From Porphyridium purpureum (Eukaryota), in assembly GCA_008690995.1 (NCBI GenBank), contig VRMN01000001.1, positions 1,798,001 to 1,862,000 on the forward strand: a stretch of DNA of 64,000 bases. The letters run 5' to 3'. A program made the position numbers and the translations under genes. The notes under the pieces were generated by a model, which saw only the letters and a program-made list of their open reading frames with translations, searched no databases and was not told where the DNA came from. Positions 52,039-61,921 of this stretch are shown here, one piece after another. Within the stretch, counting starts at the first letter, position 1, and each line of letters opens with the position of its first letter.

Positions 52039-53154
52039 ATGGTGTTGACGCGCAGTGCGCGCAAGGCCGCGCTGACGGACGTGACGAACGCTAATGAAGA
52101 TTCTGATGAGTACATGGCCACTCCACGGCCGCACGCTAATGTAAGGCGAACGCTTGACACTGGTGTGACACCGCAATCGACGGTGAGCAGGGTGCTGGTG
52201 GGCGAGATGGCAAGGCTGGGTCTGGCGACTCCATGTAACACGGTGGGGAACGAAGCAAGTGCAGCTGAACAGCAAATTGATTGCGTGATGCCACAGAAAC
52301 TTGAATTTGGACCCAGTGGTTCGTATACGTCGCCCAACACTGAGCCGATCGCGGTCGCACACACAAACTCGGCTGCCGCTGGGGTTGCTGCTTCAAGCTC
52401 GAACAGAGTGGATGCATCTTTTCACCAGCTCGCATCACCATCGGTTGCGCACAATCTCGAGCTAGTACAAAAGCAGAGTAAGCAAGACAGGTTGACGGCG
52501 CAACACGATGATATCATGAGTTTGCTTGGCGCCGGATTTACCAAGGCGCCTGCGTATGTCCCGATGGAAGGGGCTGCGTCGCAGGCAAATGGAGGACTGG
52601 AAATGACGAACCCGTGCACGCCGGAGCCGCAGGCGACTGTGGCCAACTTTCGCGTGGTGGGCCACGAAATTTCCAAGCAATGGAAGGGTCAGCACGTTGT
52701 CTTCGATCTGCTCGGGCTCAGCAAAGTGAAAGTGGTGGCAGAGCGCGTTGCGTTCAACGAGGTTACATGCAATACTGGCTCCAGCTCAGAGTCCGAGTCA
52801 ACGATACCCGGCCAAGGCATTGGCTGCTCTCCTGCGCGGATCAAGCGCGCCGTGCTTTCGACCCCGGTGCAAGCCCTTGCATTTGAAGACGACGAGGAAC
52901 TGCAGCCAATGCGCGAATCCGCTGACGAGGTGCAGACGAATCCTACGTCTCAGACCAAAGCGTCCGCGGAGTGGTGCGGGACTCATATTGTGTACACAGA
53001 CGAAGACACTTCAGAGGACTTGGGAGAAAATCGCACTGATAAGGCGGTAGAAGAGATCAAGGACGATATTGCGAATATGCACATTGCGCGCAAGGTCTCT
53101 GCACAGAGGCGTAATCCTCGTGCTAAACCGGCGCGCAGCTTTGCATGGCTGTAG
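52039..53154 (+). CDS. Uncharacterised, probably disordered protein with cell-cycle-type motifs
   Basis: 371-aa ORF from ATG 52039 filling the gap between genes. KAALTDVTN, many S/T-P sites and two W-x-G-x-H-[VI]-V-[FY] repeats. Confidence 0.7.
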   Translation: MVLTRSARKAALTDVTNANEDSDEYMATPRPHANVRRTLDTGVTPQSTVSRVLVGEMARLGLATPCNTVGNEASAAEQQIDCVMPQKLEFGPSGSYTSPNTEPIAVAHTNSAAAGVAASSSNRVDASFHQLASPSVAHNLELVQKQSKQDRLTAQHDDIMSLLGAGFTKAPAYVPMEGAASQANGGLEMTNPCTPEPQATVANFRVVGHEISKQWKGQHVVFDLLGLSKVKVVAERVAFNEVTCNTGSSSESESTIPGQGIGCSPARIKRAVLSTPVQALAFEDDEELQPMRESADEVQTNPTSQTKASAEWCGTHIVYTDEDTSEDLGENRTDKAVEEIKDDIANMHIARKVSAQRRNPRAKPARSFAWL

Positions 53155-53421
53155 AATGAAAGAACTGACTGTTGTACGCTGCATGCAGGCCAGTTGAACG
53201 CAAATAAGGAAACTAAAGAAACCGAGCGCGCGAGCAATATCAAGCCAACTCTTTCTCTTGGTGATGTCCCCGATCCTACAGAAGCTTTCGATCTTCCTGG
53301 CTCTTGTTTGTTGGAGCTTGAGCACCGCAGCTGCAGGAGGCACCTTTTTCGGCTGCTTGTGGAAAGACGACTCCATATTCAATTGCAGTCCGAACAAAAT
53401 AGAAAAGCGGCTCGGCGATAT

Positions 53422-53772
53422 TTAGAGCCTTGGTTGGCGTGGCTCCCAGCCCATGACCTCTTCCGGATGTGCGCGCGCCCAAGCGATTTTCAACGCAATG
53501 TGGTTCTCCTCGGTGGAGAACTGCTTGAGGCAATCATTCAGCACGTTCTTCTCGCCGCGGCACTTGAACACCACCATGAGCCCTTCTCGCTTACTGCATT
53601 CATAGAATGCCTTTGTTTCCGGATCGCATTGCATCCACGCAGTATCGATCCACTCCTTCCGCACGTGCTCCCGTGCGCGTGCGCGCAACACCGGCACCAT
53701 GCCTTCTGGTATCTGTATCGAATGCGCGGGCGCGTCAGCGCCAGAGTCACTGCTTTCATGACTCGCGTCCAT
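53422..53772 (-). CDS. CMC1: Twin CX9C mitochondrial intermembrane-space protein, Cmc1 family
   Basis: C-DPETKAFYE-C...VVFK-C-RGEKNVLND-C (CX9C-X11-CX9C). Alternative start 53784. Confidence 0.8.
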   Translation of the reverse strand: MDASHESSDSGADAPAHSIQIPEGMVPVLRARAREHVRKEWIDTAWMQCDPETKAFYECSKREGLMVVFKCRGEKNVLNDCLKQFSTEENHIALKIAWARAHPEEVMGWEPRQPRL

Positions 53773-54019
53773 ATTGCCAACCATCTCTCTCTCTCTCTCA
53801 CCGACACATACATCCGCAGATCAATCATCGTACATCATGCTCCAACGCTACTGCGCGCAGCTCTCACGCAGAGCGCGCGTTCCCGCATGACAATAGAATG
53901 CGGCATTGCCTTTCATCTTCAGAGCAGAAAGTACAGTTTACTGTACTTATATTTTGGTAGGAGGGTGAAGCGAAGAGGTTGGAGTTGAGAGCGAGAGAGA
54001 GGGAGAAGAAGAAAACGTG

Positions 54020-54847
54020 ATGGTGATGGTGATGGGGATGGGGATGGCAGGTAGAATGCGCGCGCTGCTGCGGCAGCCGGCGGTGCTGGCAGAAGTGAAG
54101 CACGGACGATGTGCGCGTGTGTTTGCGTCGGAAGCGGCTCCGTCGGCGGGGGCCCCGGCGCGGGAAGAAATGATGGCTCAGCAGCTGGAACAGCAGAAGC
54201 GGTTTCTGTCGTCGCTGTTGGAGATGTGTCCGGCGTGGATCACGCGCGCGCGGATTCACAAGGCGCACGACGTCGCGCATCGCGGAGGCGAGATGGTGCT
54301 GGATGTGAGGCAGGACTGCACGACCAAGATGCTCAATTTCCTCAAGCTGCACACAAACGCGCAGTTTAAGAGCTTTGTGGACGCCACGGCAGTGGACTAC
54401 CCGTCGCGAGCGCAGCGCTTTACCGTCGTCTACAACGTGCTTTCCACCACGTATAACGCCCGCATCCGCGTGCAGACCGATGTGGACGAGGTCACTCCGC
54501 TGCAGAGCGCCGTCTCGGTCTATCCGGGCGCCGATTGGTTCGAGCGAGAGGTCTTTGACATGTACGGCGTGTTCTTCTTCAACCATCCGGATCTGCGCCG
54601 CATTCTGACCGACTATGGTTTCGAGGGGCATCCCCAGAGGAAGGATTTCCCGTTGTCTGGGTTTGTTGAAGTCCGCTACGATGATGCGTCCAAACGCGTC
54701 GTCACGGAGCCGGTCGAGATTGCGCAGGAGTATCGGCAGTTCGATTATTCGACGCCGTGGGAGGTCTTCCCCGAAGGAGGACGAACATCAGAGGCGCTCA
54801 CATCCTCGTCGTCTCCTCCTCCTCCGCCGCGCCCACCATCAAAGTAG
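54020..54847 (+). CDS. NDUFS3: NADH:ubiquinone oxidoreductase 30-kDa subunit (NDUFS3/Nad9), nuclear-encoded
   Basis: Presequence. [42 protein letters not shown] and PWE. Several tandem ATGs between 54020 and 54056. Confidence 0.96.
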   Translation: MVMVMGMGMAGRMRALLRQPAVLAEVKHGRCARVFASEAAPSAGAPAREEMMAQQLEQQKRFLSSLLEMCPAWITRARIHKAHDVAHRGGEMVLDVRQDCTTKMLNFLKLHTNAQFKSFVDATAVDYPSRAQRFTVVYNVLSTTYNARIRVQTDVDEVTPLQSAVSVYPGADWFEREVFDMYGVFFFNHPDLRRILTDYGFEGHPQRKDFPLSGFVEVRYDDASKRVVTEPVEIAQEYRQFDYSTPWEVFPEGGRTSEALTSSSSPPPPPRPPSK

Positions 54848-54995
54848 GGTTTGCCATTCGTCCTGCATCTCTGATCCTGTTTCGGCCAGTACATGTCGCT
54901 GACTTCAAACAATCGGTGGGTATTCCGGAATCACGTCGTTTATTATAAACTCAAACAATTCTATGAAGTTTGCTGCGCCTTTCGGACTTGTCGCT

Positions 54996-56462
54996 TTACT
55001 TCGAGACGGAAGTTCCAGTTCCGGTGTTCGTCCATTCTAAATGCGGATTGCAGGACGTCCGCTTCATTTTGTATGGAACGCCTCGGCGATTACCGTACAC
55101 AAAATGGCCGTTTTCGTCAAAGCCACGATCGTTCACCCACAGCTCATTCCCCGTCAGGATCAAGTCATCCTTGACGAGAATCCGACTCTTCATCGTCGGC
55201 GAGAACACTGTGCACCCGCCGCCCGCCATGAAGCCGCGGAAAAAGAAAGGGCCTATGATCTCGGACTGTTCCAACGCCTGCGCTGTCTTGAACTTGCGCC
55301 GCTCCCAAAACACTTCACAACCTTGCAACCACTCGTACAGGTCGTCACCAGTCCAGTCAATCTCGTTAATACGATAGCCGCACGCACGCAGCCGGGCTTC
55401 CGTTTCTGCATAAAAGCGATAAATGCGCATCTCAATCACGCCCTTATCGTCGCTGTCGTCCAAAAATATTTCGTACACGCGAGCACGATACACCGAGTTC
55501 GGGTCGCCGTTGAAATAGTACTTTGCGAAAATCATGCTCGAATTTTCGCCAATGCGAGACAGCTTGCAGTGAATGTGCTCGTGTCCACCGCCTTCACCCT
55601 CCGTAAAGCCTAGGCGCTTGTTCTCCAGCACTTGGTCGTAGTTGTCAAAGTCACCTTCAAATGACGTCATGAAAAGGTCCAAATTGCGCTGCGCCATGGC
55701 GCGCCTCAACATCCTCCGTGCCACATTCTCCGGCGAGTATGGCGAGCTCCAGCTCGTACGCGCCGGAATACGCTGTGCGTCAGGATCGATATCGCCACAT
55801 GTACTGCACGGCGCGGCGTCTTCGCTGCGAGCCGGCCCCGTTCGCTTGCGCTCCATTTTCCACTTGATCTCCAGCACCGAGTCGGTCAAGAGCCCGCCCT
55901 CATAAAATGCATCTGCGTCTATTTCGCTCTCGCTGTCCTTTGCGAGCTCCGAAGAATGCGAATCGCGCTGCTCGCGGAGTGCAGCCGCCGCGCGGCGCGC
56001 GGAAAGCACGGCAGGCGACGCCGACGCCTGCCCGCGCGCATCTAAGCTCATGAACCCTCGCATGCCTTCAGATTCTCGCTGAGAGCCACCCAGACCATTG
56101 CGCATTTCCTGCAAGTCCAGCTCCTCCGCGGGGTGTACGGGCGCGCTATTGGATTCAATTGCTGCCAGTTCCGAGCTTGTCATGTGATACAGACTATCCT
56201 GTTCGCCTTCTCCCTCAGGCTGCAAAACGAATGATGACGCCGTCGTCTCATTTCCGCCTCTCTCTGTACACGCACACGTCACCCAGCGCAATGAGGCGCA
56301 CCGCCTCCGGATCACCGCGAGCCCGCGTCCACGATGAAGCACAGACGCAGCTCGAGATGTCGACGCTGTAGGTGTGGGCACGAACCAGAGAGTTGGTCGT
56401 GAGGAACTCCCGCTCGTACACCATGCGCATACCGCCAGTTTCCCCTCGCTGCTGCCGCCCAT
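54996..56462 (-). CDS. CpcT/CpeT (CRL)-like phycobilin lyase family protein with long N-terminal extension
   Basis: FEGDFDNY-x-QV...HEHIH...Y-x-x-x-DP-x-x-VYR-x-RVY...GCEV-x-W...F-x-G...GC...L-x-V-x-DRGFD-x-x-G-x-x-VYG...PY-x-x-x-R, the T-type lyase pattern. Confidence 0.78.
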   Translation of the reverse strand: MGGSSEGKLAVCAWCTSGSSSRPTLWFVPTPTASTSRAASVLHRGRGLAVIRRRCASLRWVTCACTERGGNETTASSFVLQPEGEGEQDSLYHMTSSELAAIESNSAPVHPAEELDLQEMRNGLGGSQRESEGMRGFMSLDARGQASASPAVLSARRAAAALREQRDSHSSELAKDSESEIDADAFYEGGLLTDSVLEIKWKMERKRTGPARSEDAAPCSTCGDIDPDAQRIPARTSWSSPYSPENVARRMLRRAMAQRNLDLFMTSFEGDFDNYDQVLENKRLGFTEGEGGGHEHIHCKLSRIGENSSMIFAKYYFNGDPNSVYRARVYEIFLDDSDDKGVIEMRIYRFYAETEARLRACGYRINEIDWTGDDLYEWLQGCEVFWERRKFKTAQALEQSEIIGPFFFRGFMAGGGCTVFSPTMKSRILVKDDLILTGNELWVNDRGFDENGHFVYGNRRGVPYKMKRTSCNPHLEWTNTGTGTSVSK

Positions 56463-56636
56463 CCTCACCGAACCACGGCGTTCTAAACGTTTATTCGTGT
56501 ACCAAGAACAGACGCGAACTCACACACTTTGCTTGCCGCCGAGCTTCCTCGTCTCATACCCAGCTGCACTCGATTTAATCTCGTCACGTTTCTCGAGCCT
56601 GAAGGCAGCGGACGAGGTCGACGTCAGCACGGTGGG

Positions 56637-58244
56637 ATGGAGAATGGACATGGAGAGTACAGCGATGGCTCGGAATCATCGCAAGCTGTCGACGCAGCAG
56701 AAGTTGGTGGCCTGGCGCCACTTCCGTTTCTTCGATCTCCATTTGTGGACCGCGTCGCGCAACACAAACTGCCGACGTACTCGGATACGGCTGCTGCAGC
56801 TGCTGCACCGGCAGCCACATCGGAAGCGGGTGCTCAAGATACACTGCAGCCATTTCGCGAGTGTCAGGCTGGGGTGTGCGCGCAGTATGACAAGCGGCTG
56901 CGTCTTCTAGTGGTGCGCGACGTTGGTGGTGAGCTCCAGAACGTCGCCAAAGTGGCGCAGTGGTTGTTCCAAAATGGTCTGCAGCATCAAATTGACCTCA
57001 TCTTGTGTGCCGGGATTCAGGGAAGCCCGGCCATGCCGATGGGTGGCGAACAAGCAGCCGCGGTTGCCTCGCTTACCAGAAGCTCTGTACCGAACGGTCA
57101 TGTTCCCGCGACCTGGAATAGGCTACTGTCTGTGCCGAATGGCGTGACGCATGTCACGGAAGCACAAACACCCAGCGCGCGTCGCTTTGCTGCTGAGGCA
57201 GAGTGCTCGGCGACGATCTCGGCTCTGGAAAATATCTGCCCACGCGTGGTGTACACATCCAGCGGCTGGGATCCCGAAATCGTATCAGAGTCAGTTTGGG
57301 AGCCGCGCAGGGCAACGTCACATTCACCGACAGCACCCTCTTTCCGCAGTGCCGCACGGCTCACACCGCACTCATTCAACTTGTGCGGGCGTGCCGTGCG
57401 GCTGGATGCGTCCTTGGTGCTGTGCGATTCGATCGCGCACCGCGTGCTTGAACAAGCTTTGGCGTGTGAGCGACGGGTCGGGCAGCGAACCGACAATTCC
57501 GCAGATACCCGTGTTACGCACGACGCACATGCGAGCGCTGGCGATGTGCGGTCTCAGTCGAACCATAGAGCCGACGATTCTCAGCACGGGCACCAGCAGT
57601 CAAGCGCGGGTCAGGCTCGACACCACGCGGGAATATTAACGAATCACTCATGGGGTGAAAGTGTGTGGTTGTCTTGGAGGAGAAGGTGCGATGCTGAAGC
57701 GGAAATAGATCCGCGCAAAGCAGCCGTTCCCGCGCAAGCATCCTGGCGGGACACTGGTTCCGTGCAGCACTTAAGTATGGATCAGTTTTGCATTGTGGTT
57801 GAAACACGGCTGCGACACATGGCAGGCAACGCGGAGATGATGCCTGGCGTCAAATTGCTGGCGGTTTACGAGCCGTCCGCTTGGCAGCAAACGGCTTCAC
57901 ATGGAGGCGGTGTGCCATGCAGGCAAGCGCGTACCATTTTGGAAATTGTGTCCAAAGCTGTAAGAACACAACCAGCCCCTTCCGCTGCCGACGAAGCTCC
58001 TCCGGAAGAATCGAATGCCGCTCCAGGCGCGCGTGATGGAATGGACATGCCGAAGACAAGCCGCGGCTCGAAGGAGGCATCGTCATCGTCGCTAAGTATG
58101 GGCGCCGATGCGGTCGGCCAAATCGCCGTCGACCCGGGCGCCTTGTCAGAAGGTTGGTTCTCCATCGTCGAGCTCTGCCGGAGCGCGGGCGAGGAACGCG
58201 GCGCGCGATGGTCAGTGTGCAACGTTCGCGTCGAGCGCGTGTGA
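56637..58244 (+). CDS. Uncharacterised protein with a degenerate calcineurin-like metallophosphoesterase fold
   Basis: LLVVRDVGG...IDLILCAG...VVYTSSGWDP...VDPGALSEGWFSIVEL follow the order of metallophosphoesterase motifs, but the metal ligands are substituted. Confidence 0.6.
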   Translation: MENGHGEYSDGSESSQAVDAAEVGGLAPLPFLRSPFVDRVAQHKLPTYSDTAAAAAAPAATSEAGAQDTLQPFRECQAGVCAQYDKRLRLLVVRDVGGELQNVAKVAQWLFQNGLQHQIDLILCAGIQGSPAMPMGGEQAAAVASLTRSSVPNGHVPATWNRLLSVPNGVTHVTEAQTPSARRFAAEAECSATISALENICPRVVYTSSGWDPEIVSESVWEPRRATSHSPTAPSFRSAARLTPHSFNLCGRAVRLDASLVLCDSIAHRVLEQALACERRVGQRTDNSADTRVTHDAHASAGDVRSQSNHRADDSQHGHQQSSAGQARHHAGILTNHSWGESVWLSWRRRCDAEAEIDPRKAAVPAQASWRDTGSVQHLSMDQFCIVVETRLRHMAGNAEMMPGVKLLAVYEPSAWQQTASHGGGVPCRQARTILEIVSKAVRTQPAPSAADEAPPEESNAAPGARDGMDMPKTSRGSKEASSSSLSMGADAVGQIAVDPGALSEGWFSIVELCRSAGEERGARWSVCNVRVERV

Positions 58245-59290
58245 CCGAGGACGCAGGCCACCTGTGTGCATTGCGTGTCAAAACGCCTGCTCCAGCACGA
58301 TTCATCGGTCGTGGATTTTTCTTCTCTTTTCCGTTTTTCCGGCTTTGCGGTGCTCGGTCATTCTACTTGCTCGGTTCGTGCAGCGAGAAGGACACGGCTT
58401 CGAATCCAGTGTGAATACTGAAAATGGAGAACGCGAATTCACTTGTGACGCTCTTAACAGCTTTTTAACAAAACCCGCCAAATTACACCGTTGTTTCTCT
58501 TTGCGCCTCGCCCACAAGTCATCGGTATCAACCGATTAAAATAACCCGTTTCGTGCATGCTCTTCTCTCTCAAGTTCTCACCACGCGCCACTTCCTTTTT
58601 CTGCACCATGGCGCATATGGCCCGCTCGCGCTATTCTTAGCCACATGCGTTGTTCTACTCCACAAACAGGCCCCAAAAGGACAAGCGGTCATCGCATCTT
58701 ACACAAAAAAAGGCGCTCGCTACAGTTGTGGTGGTGGCTGGTGGTGCGTGTCCATGATCGAAACGTGTTGTCCAATTGTGTGACAAGAAGTGCCGCAGCG
58801 CACACTCGCCACGAAAAAAAAACCCGCCTCGCGAGATGTTTGGCGCTGCGTTTGATTTTTGTTTGGCAGCTTTGTTGCGGACAATCGCTTCGCTGTGGCC
58901 AAAAACGCAAAGCGGGTTTGTATTTACATCGGTGTGTCATCTCTTTTTGCACAGTGTCTAATGTTTACATTGCCCTGTGTGCATCGAGAGGTCTTTCGAT
59001 ACTCCGACAGATCTACCCAGCCAGCCGTTCTGGATTCGCTGCAGCGCCAAGACACCGGAAATGCGTTGCGCTGGTTTCATGGCAGCATAGCACAAGGAAG
59101 AAATTCGGGTTCGTTGATTTTGTCCAGCGCGTCGAGCCATACAACTAGACACAAGACATCTGCCGACACAGAGATACGCATCAACTCGGGCTAGAGTTTG
59201 GGCTTGGCACGGGCGACGTACAATAAATGCGCGCGTCGTTCACGTGAGCGGTAGCGACGTTGTGCGCCGCGCTGGTCAAAGAATCTTTCA

Positions 59291-60136
59291 ATGCCGTGGG
59301 CTGCCACCCAAGGTCTGGTGGCGAGCTGCAGCTCGCCACGCCTGCACGAAGACGACGAAGAAGGAGAAGCGCCAACCAGCAGCGTTGCGCCGGCGGCCGG
59401 CAGCAGCAAGCGTCTCGAAATCCAAGCACCTCGGCACGCCGCAACCTGTCCGGAGATGGCTGGTCCTTTATTTCACAGGCAAGCGACAAGGAGCGAGAGC
59501 GACCTTCTTGACTTTGACAGTCTTGCGATCCGAAGCGACAGCTTGAGAACGGTGAGTAGCATGGACGCGAGCCGAGAGAACAGTCAGAGGACGCGGCTCT
59601 CGGTAGCCTCAATCAGCGTCTTTGACTTGCATCGCCACGCCTCAAGACTCGAAAGCACCGAAACGAATACAAGCAGTGTCTTCAGCCACGTGAGCAGCGT
59701 GGCGGCGAACGAAATCAAGTTTCGGGTCTTGGATTCGGCATTTCTGAAGAAAGTTTGCAGGATGCCGCGCTTTCAACCTACGCTCGACACCATTCCGGAG
59801 CAAGATGAGACACCGTCTTCGTCAGATGGTGACAACGATGATGAAAACGATGCTGACAATCAAGATGACACTGACGGTATCATCGATGACATTGACGGCA
59901 TTCTTGCCAGTGACGGCGCTGATGACGGAGAAAACGAGCGCGTCCGCATTGACTTGCAAAGGAAGACCCACGCGATGATGATCAACGTGAAGGCGAAGAC
60001 GCACAGGCAGGACGACCTGGTCAAGCCAGCGAGCATGTTTGCCGTGTCTCTCGTCTCAGCCGAAAACCTTCTCGCAACGGTCGACGCTCAGAGAGGACGG
60101 CAGCAATGCAAGACGTGTAACTCTTGGCCACCCTGA
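59291..60136 (+). CDS. Uncharacterised Ser-rich/acidic protein with an LxxIxE motif
   Basis: 281-aa ATG-initiated ORF in an otherwise gene-free interval. FQPTLDTIPE is followed by an acidic tract. Confidence 0.65.
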   Translation: MPWAATQGLVASCSSPRLHEDDEEGEAPTSSVAPAAGSSKRLEIQAPRHAATCPEMAGPLFHRQATRSESDLLDFDSLAIRSDSLRTVSSMDASRENSQRTRLSVASISVFDLHRHASRLESTETNTSSVFSHVSSVAANEIKFRVLDSAFLKKVCRMPRFQPTLDTIPEQDETPSSSDGDNDDENDADNQDDTDGIIDDIDGILASDGADDGENERVRIDLQRKTHAMMINVKAKTHRQDDLVKPASMFAVSLVSAENLLATVDAQRGRQQCKTCNSWPP

Positions 60137-60698
60137 CGTGAGATCCTGTCTAGAAAATTTCACCAGGACTCGCGCAGACGCGTACAGTATTGGTATATGA
60201 TGTGTCGCTTGAACGGAACGTGGTCGTGCTCTGAATGCATTGCACGCAAGCAAAGGACCCAGGGTGGACGTCCAACCCGATCCCTGTATTTTAAAGATTT
60301 GTAACTTATGTGGTTTATTGCTCCACGTCAAGAGTCACGCACCTTCAAAAAAATCGGGCATACCTAGGGCCTCGGGCCTGGGGCCTGGTACGATTGTCAG
60401 ACTTTCTCTGCATCTTCTGTATCCCACAAGCTACGTAGAACGAGCACCACGCTCGATCAAGTCATGTGCCTTGAGTTTGCACATTCAGGCCGAGGGATGC
60501 CATATGGTAAGGATGAGTCTGCTCCTGCAGTGGCTGGGAAGCTTGAATTTACTCGTTCCGTTGCTTCAAGTGCCTCACGAAAGTGCGCAAAACGCTCGTG
60601 TACACGTTTGTTGCGCAAGCCCCAAACGTGAGCACAAGGGGGGTACGGGACTGTTTCCCAAAGGAGCTGAACAGTGCCGGATGCCCCGTTTCGCATGA

Positions 60699-61712
60699 CT
60701 ATGATTCCAAGACGAGCTCGAGCTCAGCGGGTGTGAGTCGTGCTCCGCATGAGATGACCAGAACGCGTGCTTCAGGATGTGAGCTCAGATACTGACAACC
60801 AGCTGCGAACGCAACGCCTGCCGCACCTTCAATGATCTGATGCTCCACCTTTAGCATCGTTCGCACAGCGTACTTGATCTGCTCTTCTCCGACAAGGATC
60901 CATTGATGTATCAGACTACTGTTTCGGCAAATGTCAAAAGTTAGAGCGTCTGCTTCGATGCCACCTGCCGTGCTGTGAGAGAGCGTGTGTCGCGTCGCTT
61001 GCGAAATATCTACGATTTGGGCTGCGTTGACCGAGGCGTGCATCGCATCGTCTGCGGCCGGTTGCGCTGCAATCACTCGCACGTGTGGAGCGACGGACGC
61101 CAAAAAAGTTGCAATTCCGCTGATCAAGCCGCCGCCACCTACAGCAACCACGACAGCGTCCAGCCTGTTGTTTGCCGTTGACTCTAGACTCCAGCCAACA
61201 TCAGCAAGTTGTTGGACAAGTTCGACGGCGATCGTGCCCTGGCCGGAAACGACCAGCGGATCATTGTATGGCGAAACAAATGTCTTTGCGCCGTCAGCTG
61301 CTGCACGTCGCGCCACGCGCTCTGCATCGACGCAGTCAGTACTCTCGATTATTTGCACGCTTGCCCCGAGCGACTGGAGTCTGTGCACAATATCTACGTC
61401 GGTGCGACTCGCAACGAAAACGGTTACTGAAACGCCCAGCAGCTGCCCCGCGGTGGCGACGCCAATGCCATGATTCCCTGTAGAAGCTGTGACCACACCG
61501 CGTGCTTTCTCTGCCTCACTCAGGCACATGAGCCGATTCAGCGCGCCACGTAACTTGAAGCTGGCAGTCCTCTGCAGATGCTCAGCCTTGTAAGCCAGCG
61601 ACCATGGTGCGAACGCGGTGGTCATCCACACCGGGGTCCGGCGAACAAAAGGGTTGATACGCGCCGCCGCATCCTCAACGGTGCGCGCGCTTATGGTGCG
61701 TGCTGCATCCAT
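60699..61712 (-). CDS. PLP-dependent fold-type II threonine/serine dehydratase or racemase family enzyme
   Basis: KAEHLQRTASFKLRGA (PLP Lys), ASTGNHG, SPYND-x-x-V-x-x-GQGT, VGGGGLISG and EGAAGVA. No regulatory ACT domain. Confidence 0.92.
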   Translation of the reverse strand: MDAARTISARTVEDAAARINPFVRRTPVWMTTAFAPWSLAYKAEHLQRTASFKLRGALNRLMCLSEAEKARGVVTASTGNHGIGVATAGQLLGVSVTVFVASRTDVDIVHRLQSLGASVQIIESTDCVDAERVARRAAADGAKTFVSPYNDPLVVSGQGTIAVELVQQLADVGWSLESTANNRLDAVVVAVGGGGLISGIATFLASVAPHVRVIAAQPAADDAMHASVNAAQIVDISQATRHTLSHSTAGGIEADALTFDICRNSSLIHQWILVGEEQIKYAVRTMLKVEHQIIEGAAGVAFAAGCQYLSSHPEARVLVISCGARLTPAELELVLES

Positions 61713-61921
61713 TCAAGCGGAGAGCTCGGCGAGGCGATTTGTCGGCAGACAGTCTGATACACATCAATACAATCTGTTTAGTTTTCCCGAGGAAGGATTT
61801 CGTGGCTTATCATGTGCATAATGACAAGCCAGACGCAGGTCGCGAAGCGACGCGGAATAAACAGCAAAGGTTACACTGGCAGGACAGCAAGGACTCAGCA
61901 GGTAAAATCTCTGCTGTGTGT

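Noticed and set aside
58370..58415. tRNA T-loop-like string GGCTTCGAATCC
   Set aside because: No consistent acceptor, D or anticodon stems could be built.
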